64,000 bases of DNA. Source: Bugula neritina (taxonomy: Eukaryota > Animalia > Bryozoa). A model generated the notes under the pieces. It searched no databases and was not told where the DNA came from. It saw only the letters and a list, made by a program, of their open reading frames with translations. Both the position numbers and the translations under genes were made by a program. This document shows, piece after piece, positions 1 through 11,935 of the stretch. The stretch is taken from contig OZ037771.1 in assembly GCA_964035545.1 (NCBI GenBank), forward strand, positions 248,001-312,000. The letters run 5' to 3'. Position 1 is the stretch's first letter, and every line of letters begins with the position of its first letter.

Positions 1-2658
1 AGTGAGAGCCCAGCGTTGTAAACGCTGTGCTGTTAAAGTTGGAATATTTTTGCCTGGTGCAAAAATAGTAGTGAGAGGCTCATGGTCTGTGACTAGCGTA
101 AAATGTCGTCCATATAGGAATTGTCTGAACTTGGTCACACCATATATAATAGAGAGGGCTTCACGTTCAATCTGAGAGTAGTTCTTTTGAGTGTCAGTCA
201 ATGTTTTTGAAGCGTAAGCCACTGGAACTTCTCCCTGATCAGTATCCTGCGAGAGAACAACTCCTAATCCATAGGATGACGCATCGGCTGCAAGAATTAG
301 GGGTTTTGTCTCATCATAGTGTGTCAGGCTAGTAGCATTGATAATGCTATTCTTTAGCTGGGTAAAGGCTTGTTCACATTCATTTGACCATGTGAATGTG
401 GTATCATTCTTGAGGAGCTTGTACAGTGGAGCTGCTTTATCCGCAAGATTAGAGATGAAGCGCCCATAGTAGTTAACCTTTCCTAGAAATGCTTGCAGTT
501 GGTGCAAGTCCTGTGGTCGAGGTAATTGAGAGAGAGCTGCCATGGAAGCAGCTGTTGGTCGTTTGCCATCCTTGTCGATGGTGTGACCCAGATACTCAAC
601 AGAGTGCTTGAAGAATTCACACTTGTCTAATCGTATTCGAAAACCATGCTCTTGAAGTGTTGAAAGCAGGTTTGTCAGATTAGTCCAGTGTTCTTCCTCC
701 GTTTTACCAGTAATGATTAAATCATCAAGGTATGCAGCAACTCCTGGTAATTTTTGAGTCAAGGTATCCATACACCGTTGAAACTGAGCTGGACCAGGGG
801 CAATTCCAAAGCACATTCTATTATATTGGTATAATCCGAATGGAGTGTTTATCACACACAGCTGTTTGGCATCATCTTCTAGCTCAAGTTGTAGGTAAGC
901 ATCAGCCAAGTCAAGTTTGGTGAAGAATTTACCTCCTCTAAGCCTGTTCATTAAATCATCCAGTTTTGGTAGTGGATGCTGATCTATGGAGATGCACTGA
1001 TTGAGTCGCTTGAAATCTCCACAGATGCGAACTTTGCCAGACGGTTTGGTAACCACTACTATAGGAGCGGCCCAGTTACTGAAGTTAATACGTTGTATGA
1101 CACCTTCAGCTTCAAGCCTGTTTAATTCAGCCCTAGTGGCCTCATGTTGAGAATAGGGGATTTCTCTAGGTTTAGAAAAACAAGGTTTATGTTCTGATTT
1201 GAGGTAAATTGGTACTTTGAATGTTTTACAATGTCCTATTCCAGGTTTGAAAACATCGGGATATTTTGTTGTGAGAACTTTGACCTTGGTATCAACATTG
1301 TGTACTGCGTTAGTAACCTCGGTGTCACTGTCTACAGCAGATAGACCCTGTTGTGATAGTCCAAAACTGTCACTCCAGTCTACTCCCAGTAAGTTGACAC
1401 CTTCATCTGAGTCTACTATTAATAATCGAAGATTGTTTTTTGTAGTCTGACCAATGGTTACTGTTACATAGCATTCACCACGTACCTGCATAGCGGTATT
1501 TCCATATGAATGAAGGGTCGTGTCTGTCTGTTGATATGGTGGAGAGCCTAGGGCTTCGTAGCCTTTGTTCCCTACCATAGAGCAAGTAGCGCCTGTGTCC
1601 CACTGAAATTGTGTTTGTTTGTTGTTCACAGTAGTGTTAATCCATATTTGTTTCCCCTTGCGTTCATATATATTGTAAACACTACTTGAAGATTCTTCTA
1701 CGAAGTGAGAGTTGTTCCCACTTGATTTTGATGAAGTTTTGCAGACGCTAGAAATATGTCCTGTTTTGTTGCACAGCTTACATTGTTTGTTACGGTGAGG
1801 ACATTGTTTACGATCGTGGCTAATGTAGCATTGTGGACACGATTTCAACTTAGAAGGCTGTGTTGGCATAGCAGTCTGGTTTTCAGACTTGTGAAATTGT
1901 GGTCTCTTGCCCTGACTACCTTTGTTTTGACGTTTGTATGTTGAGGACATTTGATTTGTGGTAACAGGTGTAGAGGTCTCACCCTTCAAAACTTTATCAG
2001 TTTCTGCTGTTTGAATGTATGTAGCTGCCTTCTTTAACACATTTTCCAGTGTAGGATCTGGATCCAATAAGCATTGTCTACGTACATCAGCATGTGGAGT
2101 TTCTTTAATAATTATGTCACGGATTTGATCATCAACATAACTTTCACCACAGTCTTCCTTTTTACAGGTAAAATTGCAGTTACGAGCTAAACCCCGTAAA
2201 TCAGCTGCCCAATCTGAGTATGACTGGTTAGGTTTCATTTTACAGTTATAAAACTGATATCTAGCTGCTTGCACATGTTTTGTTTCAATAAAATGTGTGC
2301 TAAGCTTACCTGCTAGATTATCGAACGACATGGTAGTTATGTCCTCCGAGCCATACAGTTTTGTCAGCAATTCATAGCATTCTGAGCCAATCCATGAAAG
2401 TAAGCAAGCTCGTTTTTGTTCACTGTCACTTACGTTGTAAACGGTAAAGTGCTGATTGAGCCGCTGTAAATACTGAGTCCATGATTCCTTGTCTCTGTCA
2501 TAAGAGTCGAATCTAGGCACAGTTACAGATTTATTTTGTGCAGGTTCACCAGGCTTTACAGCTGTAGTAAATTGTCCCAGTATTTGAGCGAATTGCTCCA
2601 TCTGCTGCTGCTGTTGTTGCTGCATTGTTGTTACAAGTTGTTTTATAACTTCCTCCAT
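1..2658 (-). CDS. Gag-Pol polyprotein of Ty3/Gypsy LTR retrotransposon (Mag/K02A2.6-like); 3' part lies beyond the window edge
   Basis: Manual translation from ATG at 2658 (MEEVIKQLVTTMQQQQ...) stays open for 886 codons to base 1 (...QRLQRWALT). It contains two Cys/His knuckles (CPQCYISHDRKQC; CKLCNKTGHISSVC), protease WDTGATCS (~1590), RT motifs WAAPIVVV/RICGDFK/YLDD (~725) and RNase H ADAS/YSQIEREAL/TDH. It is absent from the ORF track, probably because there is no stop in the window. Confidence 0.95.
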   Translation of the reverse strand, partial: MEEVIKQLVTTMQQQQQQQMEQFAQILGQFTTAVKPGEPAQNKSVTVPRFDSYDRDKESWTQYLQRLNQHFTVYNVSDSEQKRACLLSWIGSECYELLTKLYGSEDITTMSFDNLAGKLSTHFIETKHVQAARYQFYNCKMKPNQSYSDWAADLRGLARNCNFTCKKEDCGESYVDDQIRDIIIKETPHADVRRQCLLDPDPTLENVLKKAATYIQTAETDKVLKGETSTPVTTNQMSSTYKRQNKGSQGKRPQFHKSENQTAMPTQPSKLKSCPQCYISHDRKQCPHRNKQCKLCNKTGHISSVCKTSSKSSGNNSHFVEESSSSVYNIYERKGKQIWINTTVNNKQTQFQWDTGATCSMVGNKGYEALGSPPYQQTDTTLHSYGNTAMQVRGECYVTVTIGQTTKNNLRLLIVDSDEGVNLLGVDWSDSFGLSQQGLSAVDSDTEVTNAVHNVDTKVKVLTTKYPDVFKPGIGHCKTFKVPIYLKSEHKPCFSKPREIPYSQHEATRAELNRLEAEGVIQRINFSNWAAPIVVVTKPSGKVRICGDFKRLNQCISIDQHPLPKLDDLMNRLRGGKFFTKLDLADAYLQLELEDDAKQLCVINTPFGLYQYNRMCFGIAPGPAQFQRCMDTLTQKLPGVAAYLDDLIITGKTEEEHWTNLTNLLSTLQEHGFRIRLDKCEFFKHSVEYLGHTIDKDGKRPTAASMAALSQLPRPQDLHQLQAFLGKVNYYGRFISNLADKAAPLYKLLKNDTTFTWSNECEQAFTQLKNSIINATSLTHYDETKPLILAADASSYGLGVVLSQDTDQGEVPVAYASKTLTDTQKNYSQIEREALSIIYGVTKFRQFLYGRHFTLVTDHEPLTTIFAPGKNIPTLTAQRLQRWALT

Positions 2659-2681
2659 TTCAAAATGATATGGTTGTATTT

Positions 2682-2699
2682 ATCCTACTTCTGACACCA
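2682..2699 (-). promoter_or_regulatory. Primer-binding site, complementary to tRNA-Leu 3' end
   Basis: Minus strand reads TGGTGTCAGAAGTAGGAT, 2 nt after the candidate LTR end. This is near-complementary to the ...ATCCCACTTCTGACACCA 3' end of metazoan tRNA-Leu. Confidence 0.8.
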
Positions 2700-3912
2700 G
2701 TTGTTGTGTTCTTGTTATTTATGTTAAACAAGAGTAAACAGTAAGATTAAGCACGTATAAGTAAGATTGGCTGTAGAGTAGAATGTATGACTGTATTGTA
2801 TTGAAGCTAACAAGTAACTGACATAAAAATACATGTAGATAAACAGTGACAGAATAACAACTGGCTTGTATATTGATATGGCAAAAACTGTATATAATGA
2901 GTTTAAACAAATAGACATTAGAATAAAAAAGTAACCGAGCACATAAAATGTGGTATGTCATAATATGCATCTATGTGGTGTATTGACAAGGCTAGTTCAA
3001 TACATAGCAAGTACAATTGTGGATAATTCCCTAACTTTGTTCATCTTCACAGCTTTGAAAGTAATCATGTAGCAGTTGCACCAGAGATTGCTGGTGTAAA
3101 AGACAATTTCTGAGTAATAGTAATATGTTAATAATAAATAATGGAGCTTGCAAATTTTCTGGTGCTCATTGACTTCGATCTGTCACTTTCCTGAGTAAAG
3201 GAAGGAAGACTGCTGGCAACTCATGCTGTCAATCTCTCTCAATGCAGGAGAGGTGCTAAAAAATACTACTTGTGATTATGGCAATCTGTCTCAATGACTT
3301 CTTTTTATCATCACTGTGACTGGTTGGTCATTATACATGTGGGATTGTTAGTTAGAGGCTCAGATGTAAGCATTTGTTCAACTCAAGTTCATAATCTACT
3401 CCTACACTTACTCAATGCCTTTATTGTATATAATGAGGGCAGAACCTGTTGCACTAAAATCCTATTTTTTAAAAATTTAATCTATACAACTTTTGGATCT
3501 AGTAAATTGTTGTTTACCACTTGCTATAGCTTACAGAGTTTAACCTTTTATCAGTGTCACTCATCACTTGTTATCACTTTGGTCTGTGATTAATAAATAG
3601 TAATTATATTAAAGATTGCGGACTTTAGAGCAGTACTATCTGTACAAACTGTTTTGCTTGTTACCAGGTCGAGCTGTTTGACACGAGGGTTAAACAGATG
3701 AGCACTCAGACTAAAGGTAGCATATTATTAATGTTGATCATGTTGGCAAACTGTCTTTTTTTTCTAAAAGCACTGTAATGACTGCAACTACTTCACTTGA
3801 TGGTTATTTAGAACCATTTCAAACTTTAAAAATTTCCATTGCTTTATTCTAACCCTGCTCGTAGTGGTGTTTTACTAACACTGTTGTCTTCACTTGTGGC
3901 CAGGTAACTAAA

Positions 3913-6900
3913 ATGTCCAACACAACTGATCGACCAGATGGTAAAGATGAGAATAAAGTTGAGATACAGAAGACACTGAACTTGCTATCAGCAATGTCAC
4001 TTACTGTTGGCTGTGTAATAGGTTCAGGGGTGTTCATCTCACCCAAAGGAGTTCTCATTTATACAGGTTCAGTAGGTGAGTATTAGCTGTGTTTAGTAGG
4101 TGAGTATTAGCTGAGTTCAGTAGGTGAGTATTAGCTGAGTTTAGTAGGTGAGTATTAGCTGAGTTTAGTAGGTGAGTATTAGCTGAGTTCAGTAGGTGAG
4201 TATTAGCTGAGTTCAGTAGGTGAGTATTAGCTGAGTTTAGTAGGTGAGTATTAGCTGTGTTTAGTAGGTGAGTATTAGCTGAGTTTAGTAGGTGAGTATT
4301 AGCTAAGTTTAGTAGGTGAGTATTAGCTGAGTTTAGTAGGTGAGTATTAGCTGAGTTTAGTAGGTGAGTATTAGCTAAGTTTAGTAGGTGAGTATTAGCT
4401 GAGTTTAATAAGCGAGTATTAGCTGAGTTCAGTAGATGAGTTTAATGGGCTGGGCTGCTGTTTTAGGTCTCAACCTGGTCATATGGACTCTGTGTGGACT
4501 CATCTCTGCTGGCGGCAGTCTGTGTTACATTGAACTGGCCACAGTGGTGCGAGAATCAGGAGGCGAGTGGGCTTATATTAAGGAGGGGCTTGGGGGAGCC
4601 CCCGCATTCCTAGCTGCCTGGATGAGTTCAACACTCATAGCTAGCTCTTCTGCTGCTATTTGTCTGTCTAGCAGCGAATATTTACTCTCTTCGTTCTTTA
4701 CATGTGAAGTTCCAGTAAGTTAATATCAAATTGAGTGTATTATATGTTATTATATTGCTTTGTATTTTGTTTTGTGTTATAAGATATTTATATTCTAACT
4801 CATACAGGCTCTGATATCTAAACTAACAGCTGTTCTAATGATTTTCCTCATCATAGTAATTAGTACATCCATAAAACTTTCTACCAAGATTCTCAACATC
4901 TTGTTTGCCATGAAAGTTCTTGCCTTGGTGCTTATCATAGTAGGAGGGATTTATGCGCTCTTTACTAAAGGGACTGCTGGACTTTCTAACTCCTTTGAAG
5001 GTAATTAACATCATGCTTTACGATGATATGATATGTTGTTGAGACAAGACCGTCTTCCATGGTTATAGACAGCCTCCTTCCTTTATCACAGGTACAAGTG
5101 AGGAGGGTTGGGGAATAGCCTTAGCATTCTACAGTGGACTCTGGGCATATGAAGGCTGGAACATGGCAAACTATGTCACGGAAGAAGTAAAGAACCCAAA
5201 GAAAACCATGCCGGCTGCTATTCTCGGTTCCTTGCTGCTCGTCACTTGTCTATACCTTCTGGTTAACACGGCTTACTATGTGGTGCTTACAAAGCAAGAG
5301 GTTAACACAGCTACTCAGTACTTACTACTCAGTGCTTACTACTAAATACTTACTACTCAGTACTTACTACTCACTACTTACTACTCAGTACTTACTACTC
5401 AGTACTTACTACTCAGTACTTACTACTCAGTACTTACTACTCAGTGCTTACTACTCAGTGCTTACTACTCAGTACTTACTACTCAGTACTTACTACTCAG
5501 TACTTACTACTCAGTACTTACTACTCAGTACTTACTACTCAGTACTTACTACTCAGTACTTACTACTCAGTACTTACTACTCAGTACTTACTACTCAGTA
5601 CTTACTACTCAGTACTTACTACTCAGTACTTACTACTCAGTACTTACTACTCTGTACTTACTACTCAGTACTTACTACTCTGTACTTACTACTCAGTACT
5701 TACTACTCAGTACTTACTACTCAGTGCGTGTGTTGCAGGTGCTGGAGTCAAATGCCGTGGCAGTGGACTGGGCGCAGAGACTAGTGGGTAGTTGGTCTGG
5801 AATACTGGCCCTAATTGTATCCTTGTCCATGTTTGGCTCAACTCTGTCTTCCTTTTATGGATCCAGTAGAGTTTTAATGGCTGTGGCTAGAGAAGGTTAA
5901 GTGATAAAAATAAATTTTAATTCTAAGCTTTGACTTCTGTAGTTATGCTTACTAGTTCCAGTAGATTGTGACAATCTATTAGAACCAATTTGTGAATTGC
6001 TCCCCTATCGTTTTGCCTTTTGTATTTGTATGTACAGAATTTTCTACTCTTGACACAAACTTGTGTACTACAATCCATGGTAACTGTAGTATTTGTCACA
6101 CTATTAATACACATCGAGTAAGCAGCCCATTTTTACATTGTAAATTTTTATCTTTCTGATAAATTATTTTTCTGCTGCAATCCTGACATAGGTAGCTCAC
6201 TCTCTAACTCTCGCATAGCTCACTCTCTAACTCTCACATAGCTCACTCTCTAACTCTCACATAGCTCACTCTCTAACTCTCACATAGCTCACTCTCTAAC
6301 TCTCACATAGCTCACTCTCTAACTCTCACATAGCTCACTCTCTAACTCTCACATAGCTCACTCTCTAACTCTCACATAACTCACTCTCTGACTCTCACAT
6401 AGCTCACTCTCTGACTCTCACATAGCTCACTCTCTAACTCTCACATAGCTCACTCTCTAACTCTCACATAGCTCACTCTCTAACTCTCACATAACTCACT
6501 CTCTGACTCTCACATAGCTCACTCTCTAACTCTCACATAACTCACTCTCTAACTCTCACATAGCTCACTCTCTAACTCTCACATAGCTCACTCTCTGACT
6601 CTCACATAGCTCACTCTCTGACTCTCGCATAGCTCACTCTCTGACTCTCACATAGCTCACTCTCTGACTCTCGCATAGCTCACTCTCTGACTCTCACATA
6701 GCTCACTCTCTAACTCTCACATAGCTCACTCTCTAACTCTCACATAGCTCACTCTCTAACTCTCACATAACTCACTCTCTGACTCTCACATAGCTCACTC
6801 TCTAACTCTCACATAACTCACTCTCTAACTCTCACATAGCTCACTCTCTAACTCTCACATAGCTCACTCTCTAACTCTCACATAGCTCACTCTCTGACTC

Positions 6901-7933
6901 TCACATAGCTCACTCTCTAACTCTCACATAGCTCACTCTCTGACTCTCACATAGCTCACTCTCTGACTCTCACATAACTCACTCTCTGACTCTCACATAG
7001 CTCACTCTCTAACTCTCACATAGCTCACTCTCTAACTCTCACATAGCTCACTCTCTAACTCTCACATAGCTCACTCTCTAACTCTCACATAGCTCACTCT
7101 CTGACTCTCACATAGCTCACTCTCTGACTCTCACATAGCTCACTCTCTGACTCTCACATAGCTCACTCTCTGACTCTCACATAGCTCACTCTTTAACTCT
7201 CACATAGCTCACTCTCTGACTCTCGCATAGCTCACTCTCTGACTCTCACATAGCTCACTCTCTAACTCTCACATAGCTCACTCTCTGACTCTCACATAGC
7301 TCACTCTCTGACTCTCGCATAGCTCACTCTCTGACTCTCGCATAGCTCACTCTCTGACTCTTCATCTACAGATTTCCTGCAGCTATGAATTATAATACAT
7401 GGTAACATTTATTGTATAGTCAGCATAGTATTATGCTGCATGTCTCTACGTATTGCATATATAATATTATAGGTCACACGGTTCAACTTCTCTCTATGGT
7501 GAGTGTAAGAGACAGTTCTCCATTGATCTCTATCTACGTACGAGGAGCTCTCAGCATGGTGTTTTGTGCTATTGGAGATATCGGTAACCTGATAGACTTC
7601 TTTAGCTTCACCTCCTGGCTATTCTACGCCATGTCATTTATCTCTCTAATTATTTTGAGGGTAAGAAGGCGACATTTACCCCCAAACAAAGATATTTTTC
7701 AAGTACCAATCATCATTCCAGTTGTTATGATACTAGTTGCAGTATACCTCATTGTTGTGCCAGTTATAGCCAATCCTAAGCTGCCTTTCTTGTATGCTGC
7801 CATTTTTATGTTAGGTGGGCTGGTGTTCTACTTTCCATTTGTATATTGCAAAATCAAATTTAAATGGTTTGACCAGGTGACTTTATTTTTTCAACTTTTG
7901 TGTCAAGTTGGCATTCCAAGTAGAAATCTATAG
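3913..7933 (+). CDS. SLC7-family (LAT / b(0,+)AT-like) amino-acid transporter light chain, 6 coding exons
   Basis: Exons 3913-4075, 4467-4714, 4808-5000, 5092-5300, 5739-5895, 7473-7933 (all GT-AG) join in frame. Motifs GCVIGSGVFISPKGVL, LCYIELAT, FYSGLWAYEGWN, EEVKNPKKTMP, LIDFFSF. Confidence 0.92.
4067..4440. repeat. 24-bp minisatellite containing the SLC7 intron-1 donor (~15 copies)
   Basis: Unit GTT(C/T)AGTAG|GTGAGTATTAGCTGA, with GTGAG starts at 4076, 4100, 4124, 4148... Confidence 0.95.
5312..5724. repeat. 14-bp minisatellite (TACTTACTACTCAG) filling SLC7 intron 4
   Basis: About 29 copies; produces the spurious ORFs 5278..5784 and 5444..5791. Confidence 0.95.
6193..7360. repeat. 23-bp minisatellite (TAGCTCACTCTCTAACTCTCACA), ~50 copies
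   Basis: Direct tandem periodicity in SLC7 intron 5. Confidence 0.95.
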
Positions 7934-8419
7934 AAACTTTTAAACTTGTTGAGAAGTAAGGTGATCAAGATAACACTTTGTAATAATATACTATCTATAT
8001 ATATGCTATATGCTCTCTAATCTCTGTACACCCTTTCTCCTACGACACATTCACCCACGCTGAACTGGGACTGCACATTATAATCTACAAAGGCATTAGT
8101 AGGCTTGTTACTATCAGCCCTGTCAAGGGGTATATGTTGTTCCAATGTCACCAAATAAGCGAGGGCAGCGCTGATTAATTAATACTTAATTGAGTCACAA
8201 TCATTTATTTGTGTTTCACCCATAATATAGAGCTTTGAAAGTAATTACTAATTAATCAAGTACTTGTGTAACCAATGTAGAAGGTGCTGTGTTTTGACTT
8301 TTGTTGTGTATTTGATAATGTATGTTTGTTTTTGTATATCATTTAAACTTGCATGGTATGTAGTTTAATGAGTATGCTGCAGCAGACAACTACATAGGTA
8401 CATATATATCAAGAATATC

Positions 8420-8850
8420 TGGTTAGTATATAACTGTGAGCATGATCACATATTTTACTGCTGGTTAGTATATAACTGTGAGCATGATCACATATTTTAC
8501 TGCAGGTTAATATATAACTGTGAGCATGATCACATATTTTACTGCAGGTTAATATATAACTGTGAGCATCATCACATATTTTACTGCAGGTTAGTATATA
8601 ACTGTGAGCATAATCACATATTTTACTACTGGTTAGTATGTAACTGTGAGCATGATCACATATTTTACTGCAGGTTAGTATATAACTGTGAGCATAATCA
8701 CATATTTTACTGCTGGTTAGTATATAACTGTGAGCATAATAACATAGTTTACTACTGGTTAGTATATAACTGTGAGCATGATCACATATTTTACTGCAGG
8801 TTAGTATATAGCTGTGAGCATAATCACATATTTTACTGCTGGTTAGTATA
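8420..8850. repeat. 42-bp tandem repeat, ~10 copies
   Basis: GGTTAGTATATAACTGTGAGCATGATCACATATTTTACTGC(A/T). Confidence 0.95.
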
Positions 8851-8979
8851 ATATTGTAAGCTGAAGGAACATTTGTAGAATACTTTGTTTATTTAATCTA
8901 CTTTAAATTAGTTTCACCTTTTCTGTTTCTTTCAGTTTGAAAGATTATTTTAGACTCCCTGCTTTGATAATTAATTTCT

Positions 8980-9160
8980 TGTGTTACTGTAAGTATATGC
9001 ATAAACTCTAATACTTTATTGTGTTACTGTAACTATATGCATAAACTCTAATACTTTATTGTGTTACTGTAACTATATGCATAAACTCCAATACTTTATT
9101 GTGTTACTGTAACTATATGCATAAACTCTAATACTTTATTGTGTTACTGTAACTATATAT
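8980..9160. repeat. 40-bp tandem repeat, ~4.5 copies
   Basis: TGTGTTACTGTAACTATATGCATAAACTCTAATACTTTAT. Confidence 0.9.
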
Positions 9161-9984
9161 GTAAAATAGTTTATTGGTTATAATTTGCTTATTAATGACT
9201 TGAGTCATCATGCCAATGATGTAAAATTATATCTTATAGACAAGGTAGGTGCAGTAATGGAGAAATTGAGAAAAGTCTGTGTTCTAAATTAAAAATGTAG
9301 CAAAAGAATTTGTGTTATCACAAAAACTTTTACCGCGCTCTGTATCAAAAATGAACAAAACAACCTAAGTTTTTTAATTTATCTCCATTTCTCTGCCACT
9401 GCTCCTTAATGCTATAGATTAGCAAATACAATAATATTGGTAGGACATTTTGCAGTTTGTAAATGGAAGACAACTTCCAAAAACCATTTTACTTTAAATT
9501 ATTGTAAAAATTAATGGTAGTTTTTGATGAAAGGTGGCTATATTTGTGAGGTTTGAATTTAGGTTAGGTAATCATTTTAAATTTGGTAGTCAATTGAGGC
9601 AAGACTTGCCTATTTTATTGAATGGTATTTATTTGATACTTTCATAATAAACATATTTACCTGCCTTAAAAGCATTGTCCAGTACATTGAAACTTGTAAT
9701 ACTTTCTAATATTATTATAAACTATCAGTTAAAACAATTTCAAAAGTTTGTCCTTTGCCTGTGAAGAGTGGGCATGCATATGATAGCCAACACCATGTAT
9801 CGCATCATAAAGTTATGTTCAAATCACAAAATCAGCACATTAAGTTCTGCCAAGTCTTTATTATGTTTCATGATATTATAGAAAACAGAGACATGATCAA
9901 CCAGTTCGTTGTTTGTGTGCCCTGGCAGAATATTCATCGCGGGTCTTGTCAGTCCGCTAAAATACACACAATAATAAGTTATAG

Positions 9985-11220
9985 TATGTGCAGTTAGAGG
10001 TCAAGATAAGGGGTTATCAGTTCAAATCCTATTAGAGTTGGAAATATTTTTTTTAATTTTATTCACATAAGGAAAAATCAGATCTACGTAATAACTAAGA
10101 TTAAATATCGAGATACAAATAGAGTAGTGGTAGAGCTTTGATATTATGTGCCTAAGGATGTGGGTTCAAACCCATGCGGCTTCATTTGTAATTTTTGTAA
10201 TATTTTGAAATTCCTAAAATAAAGAAATATAAGCATCAACAAGGGTTTCTTATAAGGGGACCCGTCCCAGGGTAATGGTAGGGGCGTCTCTCCTCAACCA
10301 CAAAGACACTGGTTCAATACCCGAACGCAGCCTGAAAAAAAAAGTCCGCTGAACACCCATGAGTACCCGCCTCCCAAGAATCAGGCACTCGCGGTGAGTT
10401 CATCAGGGACTCTAAATCAGGCACTCGCGGTGAGTTCATCAGGGACTCTAAATCAGGCACTCGTGGGGTTCATCAGGGACTCTAAATCAGGCACTCATGT
10501 GGAGTTCAGCAGGGATTCCAAAGTATGAATTACCTTTTGGTAAAAAAGATAAAGTCTTCAAATTATTTATCTAAAAAAATACTTTTAAGCTAATTATTAT
10601 ACAATATATTTATACTAGAACCAAATACTATTAAAAACTCCAATTACTCAATTATCACCATGAAACAAGATTAAGATGACATGAAAGTTTTTTGGAGATG
10701 GGCAGGACTTGAACCTGCAACCAATGGCACAGGGTACCAAAGCACTACCAATAACCCAACAAGAACTCTCTGCACAAGGTACTCTATAACAACAACTTAT
10801 TTTCACTAAGGTCTGTGCATAAGCCAAATAAAGTATAAAAATATTTTCTTGATGAGGGTTCGAACCCATACCCACAGGTTTCCTGTTACCAATGCTCCAC
10901 ACATGCCCTACAATGACACCATGAAAACTATGACACTATATCTTATATTTAATGTTGTTTTGAAATAGAATAAAATCACATAAAAAATAACAGGCCAGAG
11001 CTAGGGCTTGAACCTGTGCCCTGATACCACAAGAAACCAGAGCTTTGCCACCAACCCACAAGCATCCCTTAGCTTGAGGTGAGGTATAACCACATCTCAT
11101 TTTCACTACAGAGAGTGCATAAGCTTAATAAATAGTGAAAAAATAAGAGTATTTGAGGGCTTGAACCCCCACAACTTAAAACTGGAAGACTAAAGCTCTA
11201 CCATTACCCCACCAGGCTTA
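9985..11220. other. Convergent array of 7 degenerate tRNA-like (A-box/B-box) cassettes around a 36-bp repeat
   Basis: Plus-strand B-box-like motifs at ~10020 (GTTCAAATCC), ~10163 (GGTTCAAACCC) and ~10311 (GGTTCAATACC). Minus-strand ones at ~10704, ~10856, ~11004 and ~11157. Most have an upstream TGGTAGAGC/TGGTAGTGC-like A-box. No intact cloverleaf seen. Confidence 0.65.
10379..10520. repeat. 36-bp GC-richer tandem repeat, ~4 copies
   Basis: AATCAGGCACTCGCGGTGAGTTCATCAGGGACTCTA. Confidence 0.9.
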
Positions 11221-11689
11221 CTTAATCTGCTATATGTTTATTTAATATTTGAGTACTGCTGACAAGTTATTTATGGCATTCTATCACTATCATCAGGTTT
11301 ATCTGAAGGACAATATGCAATTTATTAATTTATTCTGTTTAAGTTGCTAACTTTTCAATGCTATTGTTTACTTATATATATATTTTACTGCCAATATTTG
11401 AACTTACTTATATTTCAAGTCTTGAGTAAATACTTATTCATTATTATTTAACAGTATATTTATAATTTAATCAAATTATTCCATTTACATTAATTATAAC
11501 TTGTTTAGAAACAAGGTCACCTGTGTTCTTCTAATGTAGCAAAACCAGGAGCACACAAAGTGACTTTTAGAATTTTTCATTTATATTGATGAGGTAAAGT
11601 ATAAAACTAAAATACAAACCCGAACATTGTGTCTAGGCAAGGCATTTATTGAAGCATGGTTATTTTAAATCATATTCAAATTCAAAGGG

Positions 11690-11935
11690 ACCTGGTACTG
11701 CCTCAGGAAGAAAGGGGTGCCTGAAAGGTACATCATGACCATCTAAGATATGTATGAGAACTGTCAAACTCAAATCAGGACAAACACTGGAGGCATAGAA
11801 ATAGAAGTAAAGGTTGGTTTACACCAAGGATCTGCCTTGAGTCTGCAACTCTCCATCATCATTGTGGACGTAATTGCTGAGAGCATTAAAGAAGATACAC
11901 CATGGGCTATGTTATTTGCTGATGATCTCAACCAG
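11690..11935 (+). mobile_element. Decayed non-LTR (RTE-like) reverse transcriptase fragment
   Basis: WYCLRKKGVPERYIMTI*DMYE...VKVGLHQGSALS...PWAMLFADDL, with an internal stop and truncation. Confidence 0.8.

Larger units (their letters stand above)
1..2988 (-). mobile_element. Ty3/Gypsy LTR retrotransposon, 5' portion with candidate 5' LTR (~2702-2988)
   Basis: The gag-pol ORF is preceded by a PBS and ...ACAACA LTR-like end at 2702. The TGT start at 2988 is only a candidate, since the 3' LTR is outside the window. Confidence 0.8.

Noticed and set aside
732-1944. Short plus-strand ORFs at 732, 1217 and 1756
   Set aside because: They are antisense shadows of the gag-pol ORF.
4076-4440. De novo intron creation by AG|GT tandem duplication
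   Set aside because: The intron ends in a distinct non-repeat acceptor (GCTGTTTTAG). Other repeat-filled introns appear, from memory, to sit at conserved positions. Intron gain is unsupported without an ortholog alignment.
5278-5791. Long low-complexity ORFs here and at 17715-18181, 29200-29787, 32838-33926, 36486-36995, 39622-40649, 55273-55704, 56366-56836, 62408-62947
   Set aside because: They are translations of stop-free tandem repeats (mostly intronic), not genes.
9985-11220. Functional tRNA genes
   Set aside because: Acceptor and anticodon stems could not be paired; only A/B-box-like motifs remain.
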